Below, one piece after another: positions 41,901 to 53,477 of a stretch of 64,000 bases of DNA. Origin of the DNA: Amoebophrya sp. A120 (taxonomy: Eukaryota > Protista > Dinoflagellata); NCBI GenBank assembly GCA_905178155.1, contig CAJINV010000014.1, positions 1,291,858 through 1,355,857 of the forward strand. Direction: 5' to 3'. Position 1 is the stretch's first letter. Each line of letters begins with the position of its first letter. A program made the position numbers and the translations under genes. The notes beneath the pieces are model-generated. The model was not told where the DNA came from, ran no database searches, and was given only the letters and a program-made list of their open reading frames with translations.

Positions 41901-44900
41901 CTGACATTCTCAGCACGTCAACGCCCGGAGGCTGTACGACCAGTTCGGACACCGATGAGCAGCGCCTTGTTTCCTCTTCCGGGGGAGAGCGACAGCAGCA
42001 AAAGCAAAAGGGTAGTGCTTCTGGTGGTGCGTTGGTCTTCTGGAAGGAGAGGGAGCAAGCTGCCCGGGACGCGCGAAGAAAAAGACAGGAGGAGATTATC
42101 GCTGCAGTAACGAGCGACTCGGACGCGGCTGCTCAACAACTTCGTGGTCCTGCAGTTCTTTCGGTGCACCGCGGTGCTGCTGCTTCTGCGTCCTTGCAGC
42201 TCCGGGAAGCTCCTGGTGCTGTCCGAGTGTCATATGTAGGTCTTGGGGGTGAAGAAAAGGATTCTAGCACCACCGCGGTTCTCTCGGGGAGAGTAGAACA
42301 AGAACAACCCCAACAAGAGCATACTCTTGATACCCCGGTTGTAGCCACGACGGATCGGACGGGAAACTTGGCCGGGATGACGGGCCGAAACTCTACGAGC
42401 AGCTCCGGGACCTGCACAAGTGCTGCAAGAAGAAGGGACAACTACATTTCGGTAGGACCGCGGCCACATCTACAACAACAGCCGCGCAGAGTGCTAGCAA
42501 CTCCAGACCTACTTTTCTTTGACGAGCCTGTTGATGTTGACGTCGTCCAGGAAGAGCCGCAGCAAACTCTCGAAAACATCGATCTGCAAGAGTATTTCTC
42601 GGACGTTGGGACAGTGACCGCTGCGTCCTTGTCAGCGCTAATGTCTGCTGCTCGAGATGCTTCTCGCGGCGTTCGAAGCAATTGCAGCTCCTCCATTCTG
42701 TCAACAATCTCTTCGCAACAAAGGGAAAACCAACGAATTCTCGACCTCGGGTCCTCTCGTTCTAGACGAAAGGGAAGACGATCGAGGGCGGAGAGAAGGA
42801 GACTTATGAAGAAAAACAAGGGCGAAGCAAACAAGTCCAGCCAGCAACGAGGACCCCCGAGTATCTTGGAACAGCTTTATCAGAAGATCGAACGAAGGAG
42901 CGGCTGCTCTGATGTGCTACATGTTGCGCGGCGTTCTTCTTTGAACGGCGTAGTAGGCCGTTGTGAACCGACGTCGAAACGACCAGGGCTTGCGAAGATT
43001 GGACGGCAGGGCTTGGCCCTTGTGGACGGCAGAAAGAACTCTGGAAGTTCGTCAAATGTGACCCATTGTCCACCGCGCAGCAGGGGCAACGTCATGCCGT
43101 CAATTATCTCGGAAGACGACGATCTGATCGACCTTACCGGAGGTAGTTTCTTCGCCGAAAGTGAAAAACTGGAGGGAAATCAAAACGAAAATCAGGAAAG
43201 CAGTGATGATGAAGGTGAAACAGAGGAAGAGGATGCTGAACTCTACACCGGCGCCTTGTGGTCGGATTTGACAAAAAGCGACAACCAGCAGGTTCGTCAG
43301 ACTAACGATGCTTACTACAACGACGAGGACCCATCCTCGACTCTGTACGAACGATTTCTCCAGGAGTTTGCAGCTGCGTCAGGAGCAGTGCAACAGTTGA
43401 ACACAGAGGACGAAGACGAAAATACAAACAAGAAGCAGAGAAAAGAACAGCTCCGGGAGCTGCAGAAAAGGATGCAGCAGTTGGAACAGCCGGAATCAGA
43501 AGACTCCCTTGATACAAACACGGACTCATCATCTGAATCAGAAACAAGTGGAGACGAGGAAAGCGATGACGGGCTACACTTGAAGGTAATCAACCTGGCG
43601 AAGGACACAAGTTTCATCGACGAGCGACAGTTTTCAGCCTCGCGCAGCAAGCTCACTCCACTGGCGAACGCGCGGGCACCAGGGCTTTTATTTAATGCTT
43701 CTAAGGCTCCTGCTCCGCAGCTGCAGATGAACAGGAATGGAAAAATAAACACGGCAAACAGTAGAAGAAGCCCTTACATGCAGCAGCAGTACCTGTTGTG
43801 GCTGAAAAAGCAGTCCGAGATGACCCAGACCATCAACAACCGAGCTGAATACGCGTATCAGCAGGAACTTCGGAAACTTCGGGGAGACGGAGATTCTGCG
43901 TCTGCCGCAAAATTTGACAAGAATTTCGAGGCGATGCTGAAAGAACAGAAAAACGCGGCGCGATTATTTCCGACCGGCGCAGAGGGTAAAACTAAAAACT
44001 GTGCTGGTGACAAAGAACTGCAGAAACTACGGGAGGAGGTAGAATACGAACGGTTTCTGCAGCAAGAGCAGGAAATATTGACCGCAGAACAGATGAGGAA
44101 AGAACAAATGATGAAAGACGACCAGCCTGACTTCTCGAAGAAAATTCCGAAGAACGAGATTTACGAGCTGCTGCAGCAGGGAATAAAGCTTCCGCCGGAG
44201 TTGATGGTCAGGGAAGAGATCGTGGAGGGGTTGGATGATCATGGGACGTCGAGAAGAAAATCTGCCAAGAAGAGAACATCATCTTCAAAAGTGCTTGCTC
44301 CACATCAGCAAGACGAGGGTCGTGAGTCTTCGCATGTTGGAGATCACTTCTTACCACAAGACACAACGACGACCCAAATAAGTCCCGAGGAGCGCTTGCG
44401 AATCGCTTTTTCCGACTTGGAAAAGATTTTGAAACGGGGCAATGGAGCGGACGAGAACGAAAATGAGTCAGGCGAAAGAACAAGTTATCAGCTTTTCCCA
44501 ACATCTCCAAACTCAGAAGGAGACACACGGGAAGCTGTAGATTTGGACGAGGAGGGTGAAGATGATGGGATGAAGAGCAGGATGTTTCCAAGATCGCTAC
44601 GTGGTCCAAAACGTTCTTTCTTCTCCGCGGTGTGCCATCCTGCATTGCTTTCCTCATCCGTAAACAAGTTCAAGCCCCGAGTCTTCACCGCTTGGCTTGC
44701 CAGACTACAAGTGTTGTCGAAGCGCAAGAATCGGGATGCGTGTCTCCGGGTGGAAAAAGCGTTGCCGCGGTTTGTGAGAGGGGGAACGTTTTGGAAAACC
44801 ACTACCAAGATGTTGAAGACGACTTCCAGCAAAGTATCCAACGAATACACTAGCTGCGCTAGCCGAAAGGGAGTGAAATTTGTTAACAACCATTTCAAAC

Positions 44901-47900
44901 ACCACTACCATGCCGTCAAAACCAACAGCCGAATCCGCTTACTCTTCCGAAATCAGGTGTTGCCCCTGCACTACGGAAGGCTCAGATTTCCGAAGAGATT
45001 CGAGTACTGGCAGTTTGGACAGAACAGAGACACAAGTTTCTCCTCCGAATCACAACTTTCTTACTACTATCCGGATTTCTGCTATGACGACGAGAATTGG
45101 CGATTGTTCAAGAGGCACGAGTTTTTGAAGCAGCGGGCAGAGTTGGACATGTTGAGGCAGCTGCAAAAAGCGATCCGGAACATTGCGGAAGGCACGGACG
45201 ACAGCGTCGTCCTCGGTGGTGGTAGGTTGGATGAGTTAGGTACTGATTCCGATGATGAGGAGGTAGATTTTCCCTGTTCATCATCCAGCGACGACGATGA
45301 TCTTGGCGTTGCTTCTCGTAAGAAATTGTCTACCGGTAATAGACGTCAACCGACAAAAATGTTCGATGCTTCTGGCCGTCCGCAGCTGGCGATACTGGGA
45401 CGACGAGATACTGCGGGTCGTGATGTGTATAGCCAGGGGGCGAACACGATGGGCGAGAAAAAATGCAATTCTGAGCAGCAAGATGCTACAACGCAGCACT
45501 ACACCCACTTCCGCAAGCCGACCCCGGACTCGGCCGCCATCTCTTTCGAGTGGCAGCAGAACGAGCAGCACCCGCTGGATAAAGTTGGGACGATCATCAC
45601 GCGGGCGGACGGGGCAGTGCTCGTGGTGTCAAACATCGAGTATGTGGAGCTCGCCGGGTGTGGCTTGCGACGCAAGATTGACATGGTGAAAGTGGCGACG
45701 GTTGTGGCGGAAAGAATTGAAGAAGAGGAGGAGGAGGTGGAGAAAATAATCGAAAATGCCAGCAGCTCAACTGAGGAGAATAACGGCAAGGAAAAAAACA
45801 GCGGGCCACACAGGGGTCATGATTATGCACCAAGGGCAGGCGAGGACGCGGCGCAGGATCAAGGCGACCAGGAGGGAGATGTTCTTGTTCTTGACACGAT
45901 GAACACGAAGACCGAGGAAGGCCTAACGGCTACCGGACTTCGCGCAACGGCGGCTCCGAGCGGCACCAGCAAGAACACCAAAGATGTACTGAAAGTGGAC
46001 GACGACAACGACGACCGGCAAGAAATCGATGAGCGTCGACGTCCCATGTATCGGTACAAGCTGCACACGCGGAGACCGGTTTTGCTTGCGGAGCTGGCGG
46101 AGTGGGAAAAGGCCATTTCCGTCGAAATGCTGCAAAAGGTCACCGCCTGGCAGGGGGGATCTTACCGACGACTTGGGAACAAGGAGAGCCAGAAGTTCGC
46201 AGCTCGTAAAAGAACAGACGAAGACGAAATGATTGCAACATCCTCTACTAGTACAACCTGCGAAGAGAATGAGGATGACGGCAATCCAGTGCTTGCTGAT
46301 TTTGATGACACAGACGAAGGAGATGCCAGATTCCGCGACTTTTTCGCTGTAGAGGAGTTTGAAAGTTTGACTTTTGACGAAGAACTTGAAAACGACACAA
46401 AGCAGGACCTTTACGCGGAGCCAGGGGAAGGACAGCTACAAGATGAGGACAGAGCACCTACAAACGATGGTCCGCTGCAGAGTAAACCAGGACCTACAGG
46501 TGGAGATAAACATGAAATAACGGTGGAGACGCGTTTGGTGGTTGCAACAACTGGAACCAGCCCGGTCGACAAGCACGGGCAGGAAGAAGACGGAGAGGAT
46601 GTAGTTTGCGAATCGGCAGCTGGTGGTCCTCCCCTTTTCGAGAATCGGAAGCAGGAAAACGACATTCTTGTGCTGCGCGTGCCATGCCGTACTGAGTTTT
46701 GTAAGAATTCAGCATGTACAGGGTGTATTTTAAGTTTTTTCTGTGTAGTAAATGGCATGATGTAGTAGTCAGAGCTGCAGAAAAAGTTCATGTCTATTCA
46801 ATGAATAACCCATTCAACACAAACTAAACAGACGGCTGCGGTGGCGTACCCTGCACGCGGCAGTGGGCTGTGGACGAGGATGATGACCAAATTTTCACTG
46901 TGTACCAAGACGGCCACGACTACGATTGGGGGAGCCCTCCGGAGATGAAGGGGGATGCTGATCATGCACGCGATCACTACTACCCTGATCATGTTGCAAA
47001 TCACGACTTTCCTTCCCGGCACGTCTGGAACCTGTGCACGAGCATCACGCTGACCAACCTGGACACACACAGCAAGGACTTGCTGGATTCACCCCACGCG
47101 ATTCTCCGCACTTTTGTCCCGTTGACCGATTTTTCAGCAACTGCCTCCGGCTTCAATTCCTTTTCCCCCTCCGGTCGGAATGCGAAGAACGTGAGAAAAG
47201 TTTTCGAGTCGGAAATCAAACGACAGGAAAAAATCCAGCTGGCCGCGGCGCGAGAAAATAAAGCTGCGGCGATGCGGGAAAATAATAATCGTGTTGAAGA
47301 TCTTCAGGCGGGAATAAATACTGAAGTAGATACACCAGAAGAGACCACTCGAGTACCAGATTTTCATCCTGACAACCCCGCTCCAGATCTTGACCAGCCG
47401 AACCTGAAGTCCGTCGTTGCGACCCTTCGGGCAGACTTCTCGCACGTCCAGAAGTACGGCTGTAGTATCCAGGATCGGAAAAACCTCGAGAACCAGCGGA
47501 GGAAATTTGATATGGACTGCAAAAGTATCGTATTCGTATGAATGCATTACAAATTTCCTCAGCATGAGACAGAGAATCTGTAATGCAAATTTACCCTAAG
47601 AAAAAGATTTGTAATGCATGATTGCAATACGAGTACGATACTTTTGCACAGGATATTTGAAGAAAAGTACGAGCAGAACGAGTTGTGGAAGTTGTGCTTT
47701 TTGAAAGGCTTCTACGCAAGAAAAGAACTGTGTAACTGTAAATCTGTGATGCAGAAAATGCAAAACAGTTACACTTGTCATGCTCGACATGCATGATCGG
47801 CTCGCTTCATATGTATGTGTTTTCCTTCCTATCTGCGCATAACAAGTTTTTCCTGTCATGGCAGACAAACTTGTGATGCTGTTTTCGCAAGAGACTTGCA

Positions 47901-50900
47901 CTAACACAGTTTTTTTGTTCGATAGCTTCGAGTACCGGTTGCGACCGGCGACGCCCTACAACCCGTATAATTGGGACAACTACAGCGCGAAAGACGTCAG
48001 CGATTTGATGCTCTTTTCTAGCAGTCAACAGCTTTGTGCTAGTGGGGCAGGAGCTCCTTCGGGCACCCATGGCGACGCGTTGTCAGTAATGGCGCAGGAG
48101 AACTCGTCTTCGGGCGCCGGTTGTAGTTCTGCCACGGGATTATCGTCTAGTCATACGCCGTCAATTGTGGACATGAGCATGATGAATAGCTCGACCACTA
48201 CTTCGAGTTTATTCGGATTCGGCTTGCTGCCAGCGAGGACCTTCACGCCGGGCGCGAAGATGAAAACCGCAACAATGACGACGATCTTCATCCCGCGAGC
48301 GTGGCGGCAGTTTGGACACCCGAAACAACTGTATCACTCGGATAATTTGCTCCGACACAGAAGAGTGTTGTTGCAACAAGAAGGAGGAGGACCACATAAT
48401 AGCACGCACGAAGGGCCGCCGCAACACCAACACCAGCTGCAAAAATCGCTGCTGGCACTGCAGAACAGTACAGCTTGTGCCTCTTCTATGCAGCCGAACG
48501 CGCATCGCAGAACCCTGGACAGGCTTACTGGGTTCGATGAGGAGCGAGCTTCCGACCGCAGGCAGGAGGGGTGGAGTAGGAAGTGCTTGACGGACATCGA
48601 TTGTGAGAAATCCGTGCAGGAGTTTCTTGCGGAAATTGTGGGCAGTGTGGAACGGGAGATCAGTGGGCCTGTTGTGGAGGACGAAGTAGGAGAACGAGGG
48701 GAGCCAGCTTCTGCAAACGAAAGCACATCTGCTTCACACGAACAACACGAAGGCACGATACGTGCAGGAGGTCGCGGTCCCGCGCGAGATGAACTACTAC
48801 ACGGCGACTTCATTTCTGAAGACCCTGAAGAGGTAGCGCTTGCTGCCGCATCCGGCGGACAAGGACCACGTATTTTTCCCCAGCTCCAGAGGACGGACAG
48901 CGCCAGCAGCTCCTCGTCTGCGGACGAAGAGGAAGTTGTAGTAGATCGAAATCGAGGTGGTGGTCTGCAATTACAACAACTCTCGCAAGAACGTCGAGAC
49001 CAGCACGACGAGCAGAACAACAACTACAGTCCTGAAGAGCTTGAAGCGAAGAGGCGGAAAGAAACGAGGAGAAAGCTGGAGAAAAGGTTCGGGGTTCTGT
49101 TCCAATCCGAGGAGAAGCTGAGCTTGCTGCAAAGAGCCGTCGCGGGGCTGGTTCGGGAAGAGCAAATGCGGACGCAAGATGAGAAAAAGAAGGAGTTGAG
49201 AAGCACCGTTTTCGAGTATTACAATGAAATAAGCCCCCACCCCATATCAAAACAAAATTTCTGATGCTGGATTTGCGTGCACAAATCTGATTTGTCTTGC
49301 AGTAGAGGACTGCGGGCCCACATCATGCGAATGTAGAGAGGTTCTGGCCTAGGCACTTAGCATGGGGAACGTCTATACTGTAGGACCAACAGCATTGCAA
49401 ACCGCCTGCATAATGGGGCGGATCCCATGCCGTTGCTCTCTTGCAAGACAGACGTGATTTGTGGTCACAAATCAGCATCGCAAATTCTCTGAGGCGATGC
49501 TTTTCGATATGGGGAGGGGGATCTTTCCTTTTGATATCGAAGCAATTTCTCTGGAGAGTTTGGAGAAGTGGGAAGAGGTATCCTGTGCAAAAGTATCGCA
49601 CTCGTAGTAATTGCATTTATGCATTACAAATCTCTTTCTCAAGGTAAATCAGCATTACAAATTCAATTTGTAATGCTGGGGGAATTTGTAATGCAGTTTA
49701 TACTAGTACGATACTTTTGCAATGCATAAGAGGAATACGAGAAAGAGAGGCTCTCCGAAGAGCAGAAATTTTCGTCCGCCGCGTTGCTGCACGAGAGGAT
49801 GGTAGAGGAAGTTGGGGACGAGGAGAAAATCGCCTTCATCTTGAAGGATCCTACTAAAATAAATGTTGCTCCTCCTCCTGCCGCCGGCGGTCAGCAATTA
49901 TACAATTATGTCAACAATAATTATTCCAAAACCGCCTCGTCCAGCATGAACAAGCAGCAAAAGCACCAGTTTTTGTTTCAAAAAGCGCTCGAAACTGAAT
50001 CCCACCCGGCGAACAGCGTAATCAACGACGAAATTCAGAAACAGCTGCGCGTGGCTATGACCTGCTCAAGCGTTACAAGAATCTCAAACGTTACAATAGA
50101 ATCTGGGATGTGTCTTGCAGGATGAGCATGACAGACTCGCAGAGCGTTCCACTTTCTGCAATACAAATTTCGCCAGATTATAGTGCGGCTTGGAGCTCCG
50201 AAACTTGTCATGCGCAATCCTGTGGGAAGAGGCTAGATCATGCACTCTTGCATCACAGATTTCCATATTCTATTGCAACGTTTGAGATTGTAACACCTGA
50301 GCGGGTTATAGTGGCCGAGGTGCGGGGGGAGAAAAAGAAGGACCTTCAAGCTATTCACTGCAAAAATGTCTCGGTCTGGAAGAGTGGAACTTGTAATGCT
50401 GTCTGCGGATTCTACAAATATCTGTGTTGCATGAGCAGCAAGAAGCGTCCAGCTCTTGGCACGCACCAGAAAGGGCATTTGTCATGCGTGATAAGCATCA
50501 AGAAGCTCTCACAAAATCTGTGATGCTAGGACCTGCATCACTGACCTCATGGGTCATGCAAACTGTGCATGACAAACCCCGACTCTTCCAGACCCAGACA
50601 TATTTGCATATGATACAAGCGGAGCTGAAACAAATCGCGGCACTGATGAAGCAGGACGGGGACATGCGGCGGAAATTGGAGAAGTTGAACAAAACAGTAG
50701 CGCAGCGGTCGAATATCGCAGCGAGGAAGAACAAGGCGAAAAACAACTTGTACTATGGCAGGAACAACAATAAAAGCGGCTACATCAGCAATCTTGCGCC
50801 CATTCCAGAGGGAAGTGAGAGCGAAAATGCAGCTTCTTGCGAGAAACTAAACAAGCAGGACTTCTACAGAGACCACGGCGATGTCGTGTCCGACGATGAT

Positions 50901-51479
50901 GATTCATTATTCCATGAACAACAAATTGCCTCCCTGAACAGCGACAAGTATCTGTCCCAAGAAGCAGAGAAAATCGCGCGGAAGCGGCAGAAACTCCAGA
51001 CGGAGCTGCAGAACCGGAAGAGCAAGGCGCGCGCGCTCTGTCAGGAGTGCGGTATTCCCGTGGAAAATCTGCTATTGGAAGAGGCTGGGGAGGAGCGAAA
51101 GCGGGTAGGGAAAGGGCTGACGTCGGGGACAGGACCACAGGGAACAACAATTGTGAGTACTTCTTCTACAGCACCAGCTTCGAGAGCCAGTTTGTTCGCA
51201 GCAATCGACGACTTGCGGAAGACAAAACAGGACCTATACGACTACGGCGCGACGAATCTCGAACTTCTGCTTCACAAAAAAACTTCACCGCAGTTCTTGA
51301 ACAGTCCGGCTTGCGCCCGCGTTGCAACCACCGTCGCAGAAAAAGTCGAGCAAGCGGTGCTGGAAACCGGCGAGAATCTGGCAGCTCTGACCGGCGGCAC
51401 ACAAGTGGTGACCACAACCATGTCACCGGAAATGTATTTCCAGCAGGAGTTTTTTGGAAACGACAACGAGGCTGACTAA
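35939..51479 (+). CDS. Giant low-complexity protein, ~4673 aa in 8 exons, function unknown
   Basis: Exons 35939-46688, 46832-47510, 47661-47712, 47930-49216, 49542-49578, 49734-50055, 50316-50351 and 50621-51479 sum to 14022 nt, with the frame kept at every junction. One GT-AG intron (46689-46831) and six introners. Upstream exons are possible. Confidence 0.8.
47511..47655. mobile_element. Introner/MITE, family A copy 2 (145 bp, TSD TTTGA)
   Basis: tatggactgcaaaagtatcgtattcg / cgagtacgatacttttgcacaggata. TTTGA on both sides. Removing 150 nt gives RRKFEEKYEQ. Confidence 0.92.
47713..47924. mobile_element. Introner/MITE, family D (212 bp, TSD GCTTC)
   Basis: TAC...ATA ends with imperfect TIR aactgtgt / acacagtt. 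GCTTC at 47708-47712 and 47925-47929. Removing 217 nt gives LKGFEYRLRP. Confidence 0.8.
49217..49536. mobile_element. Introner/MITE, family E (320 bp, TSD TCGAG/TCGAA)
   Basis: TAT...ATA ends. Long imperfect TIR including ccccaccccatatc / gatatggggaggggg and gtcttgca / tgcaagac. Removing 325 nt gives STVFEAISLESLEK. Confidence 0.85.
49579..49728. mobile_element. Introner/MITE, family A copy 3 (150 bp, TSD AGAGG)
   Basis: tatcctgtgcaaaagtatcg / cgatacttttgcaatgcata. AGAGG on both sides. It can be spliced as canonical GT-AG 49578-49732, giving KWEE|EYEKER. Confidence 0.92.
50056..50310. mobile_element. Introner/MITE, family C (255 bp, TSD GTGGC)
   Basis: About 70-bp imperfect TIR tatgacctgctcaagcgttaca...atctcaaacgttacaatagaat / attctattgcaacgtttgagattgtaacacctgagcgggttata. 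Removing 260 nt gives KQLRVAEVRG. Confidence 0.92.
50352..50615. mobile_element. Introner/MITE, family B copy 2 (264 bp, TSD CAAGC)
   Basis: tgcaaaaatgtctcggtctggaagagt / actcttccagacccagacatatttgca. Same length as 318-581. Removing 269 nt gives KKDLQAELKQ. Confidence 0.92.
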
Positions 51480-53350
51480 GTAGTTCTTGACACTAGTTTC
51501 GTATTCTCCCTCACGTGCAGATCCTGCACCGACCGGAATGTGTCGCTAATGGGTTTTCAGGGTTTTTTCCTGGGTTAGGGTTATTTATTCGAGATAGCGC
51601 CTTGCACGATTTCAGTCAACATTCTATGAACAAAGAAAATCAAAATATCATGCAGGAAAAACTGTGAAAACTCCTGAGAACACGTTAAGCGTAGACCTTT
51701 TCCACCTTGTTCAACATTAACGAGAAGCGAGCCATTATTTCTTCACAGGAGCAAATTAAGCATGAATCCTTCTCACGGCCACGATAAGGATTGTTTTGGA
51801 TCTTATCACTATCATGTTGGAGAAACATCAACAAGTTTTGCTCTGAGCAGTTGAGTAGCCACCAGGAACCGTTTTTGCAAATAAAAAATGACCCCAGCAT
51901 TAAGTAAATTAGATTTTGAATTTGTATTTGCCAGCAGCTTCTTTTTGGCGCGGGCAGGAGTTGTACACATGGGTTTTTCTACTTTCCCGCCTCCCTATTA
52001 AAAATGAACCTGACGATTATCATTTTGATTGTCAATGCCTGACGGTTAAGTATGAAACAACAAGAATACCAAAGCCAATACGTCCTGCAGCTGCGGAGAC
52101 GTCTGCCAATTCCAATTCCGTCTGCCAATTAGGTAAATGGCTAGAGTAGTAGAAGCAGGGGCGCGAGGTCTAGCAGCAGCTCTTGTCTTCGTTTCTTTTT
52201 TTTTCATCTTCGCGCCCTGATATAGAGCAGAATGAAAAAAAATGCCTTTCAGCCGGAGAAACAGCTGTCAGCCAGAGCCTCATCCGCCTGGGGCTACGCG
52301 CCTGGCCTCCGGTGCGTAGTGCCAGGCGGCTGCTTAGCTACTACCCCTATTGCCAGTACTCTAGCTACTTAGTTAGCATAGGGCACTTCACTAGCGTGGC
52401 TAGCATACTGCTGCCATAGGTTTTTTTTCGATGATGATAAAAGTTGAGAAACCGGGTAGCTGGGTTAGCCCGGTAGTGCGCCGAGTGACCCAGCATCGGA
52501 CGGGCGCGCAGGCTCTATGTTTCCACCGGCCCTATGGGTGCCGTTTGTCATAGGTTTGCTATATAGCAGCAGACTTTGGGTTTACACATGCAGCATATGT
52601 AGGACGCTGCGCGCAGAAGTGCAGACGCTTTCGAACGTGCCTGCATATCCTACATGCCCTACATACCCTACGCGTTGCATGTTTCTCACTGCGCGCGCGC
52701 AGCGCGCGCCCCGAGAGTTTTTGTTTTCTGCGTGCAAACGTATGCCGATCCGAGCGCGTGCAGTGTGCGCCACGAAAAATCTTTTCCGTCCTGCATTCAT
52801 CTCCCGATCGGCGCGCGCGCGCCCAAGAAAAGTAGACCCCTATCTGCATTTTTTTTTCTTCGCGCGCGTCCAGAAAATTTTTTGGGCTACGGGTCTGCAT
52901 GGATGTGGCGCCGCTCATCGCGCCAGGTGGCGCGGCGGGTTAGTTTCGACGTTCGTGCGAGACCAGAAAATAGAACTGCCGAAATGTGTCAAAGTCCTGG
53001 CATAAGTTGGCGACATACCCCACGCACCCTATGCGCGGCATGTGCAGGATGTTGCTGAGGGTTACGGGCTTCAAGCTTATTGCGTACGCCTTTCGCTAAC
53101 AGGTAGGTGGGGGGGAAGTAGGCCAACACCATAGCAGTGCTGGCCTTCGGTGGTTGGGGGGGGGTTGCGGTGGTTTCTGGATTTCTACCTCTATTCCTTT
53201 TTTCATCTACTTCGCTATAGTCATCCCTTTACCTTTTCTCTTTAATTATAGAGTTCCTTCATATGTCGATGTCCCGAATAGATAAGTGGGGGGGGAAGTA
53301 GGCCAACACACAACACCATAGCAGCGGGGGGGGAAGGGTGCCGGAGGGAG

Positions 53351-53477
53351 GGTGGCGATGGGTGGCGATGGGTGGCGGTGGGTGGCGATGGGTGGCGGTG
53401 GGTGGCGGTGGGTGGCGGTGGGTGGCGGTGGGTGGCGGTGGGTGGCGGTGGGTGGCGGTGGGTGGCGGTGGGTGGCG
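53351..53477 (+). repeat. G-rich decamer minisatellite (GGTGGCGRTG)x12.7
   Basis: Directly visible perfect 10-bp period. Confidence 0.97.

Noticed and set aside
46685-46839. A ninth TAY...ATA introner
   Set aside because: No TAY/ATA ends or 5-bp TSD. A canonical GT-AG intron (46689-46831) explains the frame change.
51551-51583. Telomeric repeat
   Set aside because: Only about two TTAGGG-like units within a degenerate G/T tract.
52061-52099. tRNA, 5S, SL or snRNA gene as the identity of the triple 25-mer
   Set aside because: No cloverleaf, A/B boxes, Sm site or recognisable match on either strand by eye. An Rfam search would be needed to exclude this fully.
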